Positions 24,547 to 26,623 of a stretch of 26,623 nt of DNA are shown here, in pieces (the stretch's first letter is position 1; every line of letters starts with the position of its first letter). The position numbers and the translations under genes were made by a program. Source of the DNA: a virus (taxonomy: Duplodnaviria; Caudoviricetes); IMG/VR virus record IMGVR_UViG_3300012952_001236, positions 1 through 26,623 of that record. One strand, written 5' to 3'. Below the pieces are notes generated by a model, which searched no databases, was not told where the DNA came from, and saw nothing but the letters and a program-made list of their open reading frames with translations.

Positions 24547-26623
24547 GCAACGGCACAAAAGTTAAAAAACGTAATGGTAATCTTGAAGGTTTGAATCTGG
24601 AAAAGGTTCACAAGATGACTGAAGAAGCATGTGAAGGACTCGCAGGGGTCTCTGCTTCTCAAGTAGAAATCAATTCTGGTTTACAATTCTATGATGGAAT
24701 TACAACAGGAGAGATACAAGAGATATTAGTTAAGTCAGCTAGTGATCTTATTAGTTTGGAGAATCCTAACTACCAATTTGTTGCTGCTAGACTTTTATTA
24801 TTTGGTTTATATAAACAGGTATATGGTAACCATTGGAAACATGGTTTCATTGATGTTAGGGATCAAGTTAAGAGAGGTGTATCAAAAGGAATATACGATG
24901 GTAACATTTTGTCATCTTATAGCGATGAAGAATGGAGTAAGATCAATGGGTTTATAGATCATGGTCGTGATATGCTCTTTACCTATGCTGGTCTTAGACA
25001 GGTCGTTGATAAATATCTCGTACAAGACAGAAGTAGTAATGAGGTATACGAAACTCCTCAGTTCATGTACATGCTCATTGCTGCTACATTATTTAAAAAT
25101 TATTCTACAGAAACGAGGTTAGATTATGTCCGAAGATACTACAACGCAATCTCAAAGCACAGAATCAACATCCCCACCCCGATCATGGCTGGGGTCAGAA
25201 CACCCCTTCGTCAATTTGCATCTTGTGTTTTGGTTGATGCTGATGACACCCTCGATAGCATCTTTAGCTCTGATATGGCTATTGGCAAATATGTCGCACA
25301 AAGGGCTGGTATTGGCATTAACGCAGGCCGAATCAGGGGCATCAACAGCAAAATCAGGGGTGGAGAGGTTCAACACACAGGTGTTGTACCCTTCCTTAAG
25401 AAATTTGAGTCCACTGTTCGATGCTGTACTCAAAACGGGATTAGAGGAGGATCAGCCACTGTCCACTTTCCTATCTGGCATCAAGAAATTGAAGACATCT
25501 TGGTACTCAAAAATAACAAAGGCACCGAAGACAACAGAGTCAGAAAACTCGACTACAGCATCCAGTTAAGTAAACTATTTTATGAAAGGTTTATTAACAA
25601 TGAGGAGATCACGCTTTTTTCTCCTCATGATGTGCCAGGGCTTTATGATAGTTTTGGTACAGATGGCTTTGATGAGTTATATGTAAAGTATGAGAATGAT
25701 GAGTCCATACGTAAGTCTACGATTGGTGGACAAGAGTTATTCTTAGATCTTTTAAAGGAGAGAGCAGAGACTGGTCGTATTTACTTGATGAATATAGATC
25801 ATTGTAATTCACATTCTTCTTTTAAGGATAAGGTTAACATGAGTAATCTCTGTCAAGAGATAACATTACCAACAGAACCTATTGATCATATAGATGATAG
25901 TAAAGGAGAGATTGCTCTTTGTATTCTAAGTGCAGTTAATGTTGGTAAGATAAGACATGTGGAAGAGATGGAAGAACTCTGTGATCTATCTGTAAGGGGT
26001 CTAGAAGAGTTAATTGATTATCAAGACTATCCAGTAGAAGCAGCAAAGTTAAGTACTAAATCAAGACGTTCATTAGGTGTTGGTTTTATAGGTCTTGCAC
26101 ATCATCTTGCTAGACAAGGTGTTAAGTATGAGGATAAGGAAGCATGGAAGATAGTCCATGATTTAACAGAACATTTCCAATACTATCTTCTTAAGTCTTC
26201 TAATAAGATTGCTCAAGAGAAAGGTGTTTGTGACGGTTATTCACATACTAAGTATGCTGATGGTATTCTTCCCATAGATACTTATAAAAAGGATGTAGAT
26301 GAAATTGTACCCAATGACCTATCACTTGATTGGGGAACTTTACGGAAGGACATACTCGCTCACGGGCTCAGGCACTCAACGTTGTCAGCACAAATGCCAT
26401 CAGAGAGTAGTTCGGTTGTGTCAAATGCCACTAACGGAATTGAACCCCCAAGAGATTACTTGTCCATTAAAAAATCAAAGAAGGGGCCTCTTAAACAGGT
26501 TGTTCCACAGTATAATGCATTAAAGAATTCCTATACGCTTCTTTGGGACATGTCTGGGAATACTGGTTATATTAATGTGGTTGCAGTTATGCAGAAATTC
26601 TTTGACCAAGCGATTAGTGGAAA
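24543..26623 (+). CDS. nrdA: Class Ia ribonucleotide reductase alpha subunit, 3'-truncated (not in ORF track)
   Basis: MSNGTKVKKRNG ATP-cone start, PTPIMAGVRTP, QFASCVL, QNGIRGG, SNLCQEI, ALCILS, QMPSESSS; the frame runs off the window. Confidence 0.97.
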   Translation, partial: MSNGTKVKKRNGNLEGLNLEKVHKMTEEACEGLAGVSASQVEINSGLQFYDGITTGEIQEILVKSASDLISLENPNYQFVAARLLLFGLYKQVYGNHWKHGFIDVRDQVKRGVSKGIYDGNILSSYSDEEWSKINGFIDHGRDMLFTYAGLRQVVDKYLVQDRSSNEVYETPQFMYMLIAATLFKNYSTETRLDYVRRYYNAISKHRINIPTPIMAGVRTPLRQFASCVLVDADDTLDSIFSSDMAIGKYVAQRAGIGINAGRIRGINSKIRGGEVQHTGVVPFLKKFESTVRCCTQNGIRGGSATVHFPIWHQEIEDILVLKNNKGTEDNRVRKLDYSIQLSKLFYERFINNEEITLFSPHDVPGLYDSFGTDGFDELYVKYENDESIRKSTIGGQELFLDLLKERAETGRIYLMNIDHCNSHSSFKDKVNMSNLCQEITLPTEPIDHIDDSKGEIALCILSAVNVGKIRHVEEMEELCDLSVRGLEELIDYQDYPVEAAKLSTKSRRSLGVGFIGLAHHLARQGVKYEDKEAWKIVHDLTEHFQYYLLKSSNKIAQEKGVCDGYSHTKYADGILPIDTYKKDVDEIVPNDLSLDWGTLRKDILAHGLRHSTLSAQMPSESSSVVSNATNGIEPPRDYLSIKKSKKGPLKQVVPQYNALKNSYTLLWDMSGNTGYINVVAVMQKFFDQAISG

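Noticed and set aside
1065-25433. All minus-strand ORFs in the track (e.g. 6459-6686, 11039-11425, 13557-13865, 22609-23037, 25152-25433)
   Set aside because: Each lies antisense to a well-supported + strand gene and has no recognisable motif; these are typical shadow ORFs.
24742-26523. Short + strand ORFs 24742-24957 and 26299-26523 as real genes
   Set aside because: They are out-of-frame overlaps of nrdA, which the track omitted because it has no stop codon in the window.
1-26623. tRNA, rRNA, CRISPR arrays, transposases
   Set aside because: None recognised; intergenic gaps are short and accounted for by promoters, terminators and leaders. A tRNAscan-SE run would confirm.

Overview
AT-rich segment of a T4-like marine cyanomyovirus genome, probably a Prochlorococcus/Synechococcus phage (host is inferred). 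All credible genes are on the + strand. It spans the replication module (gp62, regA, gp43, uvsX, gp41, mazG, gp61, partial nrdA). Interleaved are host-like auxiliary genes (hsp20, pebS, pcyA, purM, DUF2997/DUF1257), many small ORFs missed by the ORF track, and a late-promoter block (nuclease-like, ligase-like, cytidylyltransferase-like, Lys-rich and Ig-domain proteins). The most striking element is the apparently empty interval 3262-4023. It holds a self-contained transcription unit: a promoter, two tandem glutamine-riboswitch-like aptamers (glnA/Downstream-peptide type), a DUF4278-like YRG peptide gene and a terminator. The second aptamer is split, with a 54-codon ORF running through its P2 loop: the start codon lies in the P2 stem and the stop codon in the strand that can pair over the downstream Shine-Dalgarno. 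A ROSE-like RNA thermometer candidate precedes hsp20. All family assignments come from motif recognition by eye; no database search was run.
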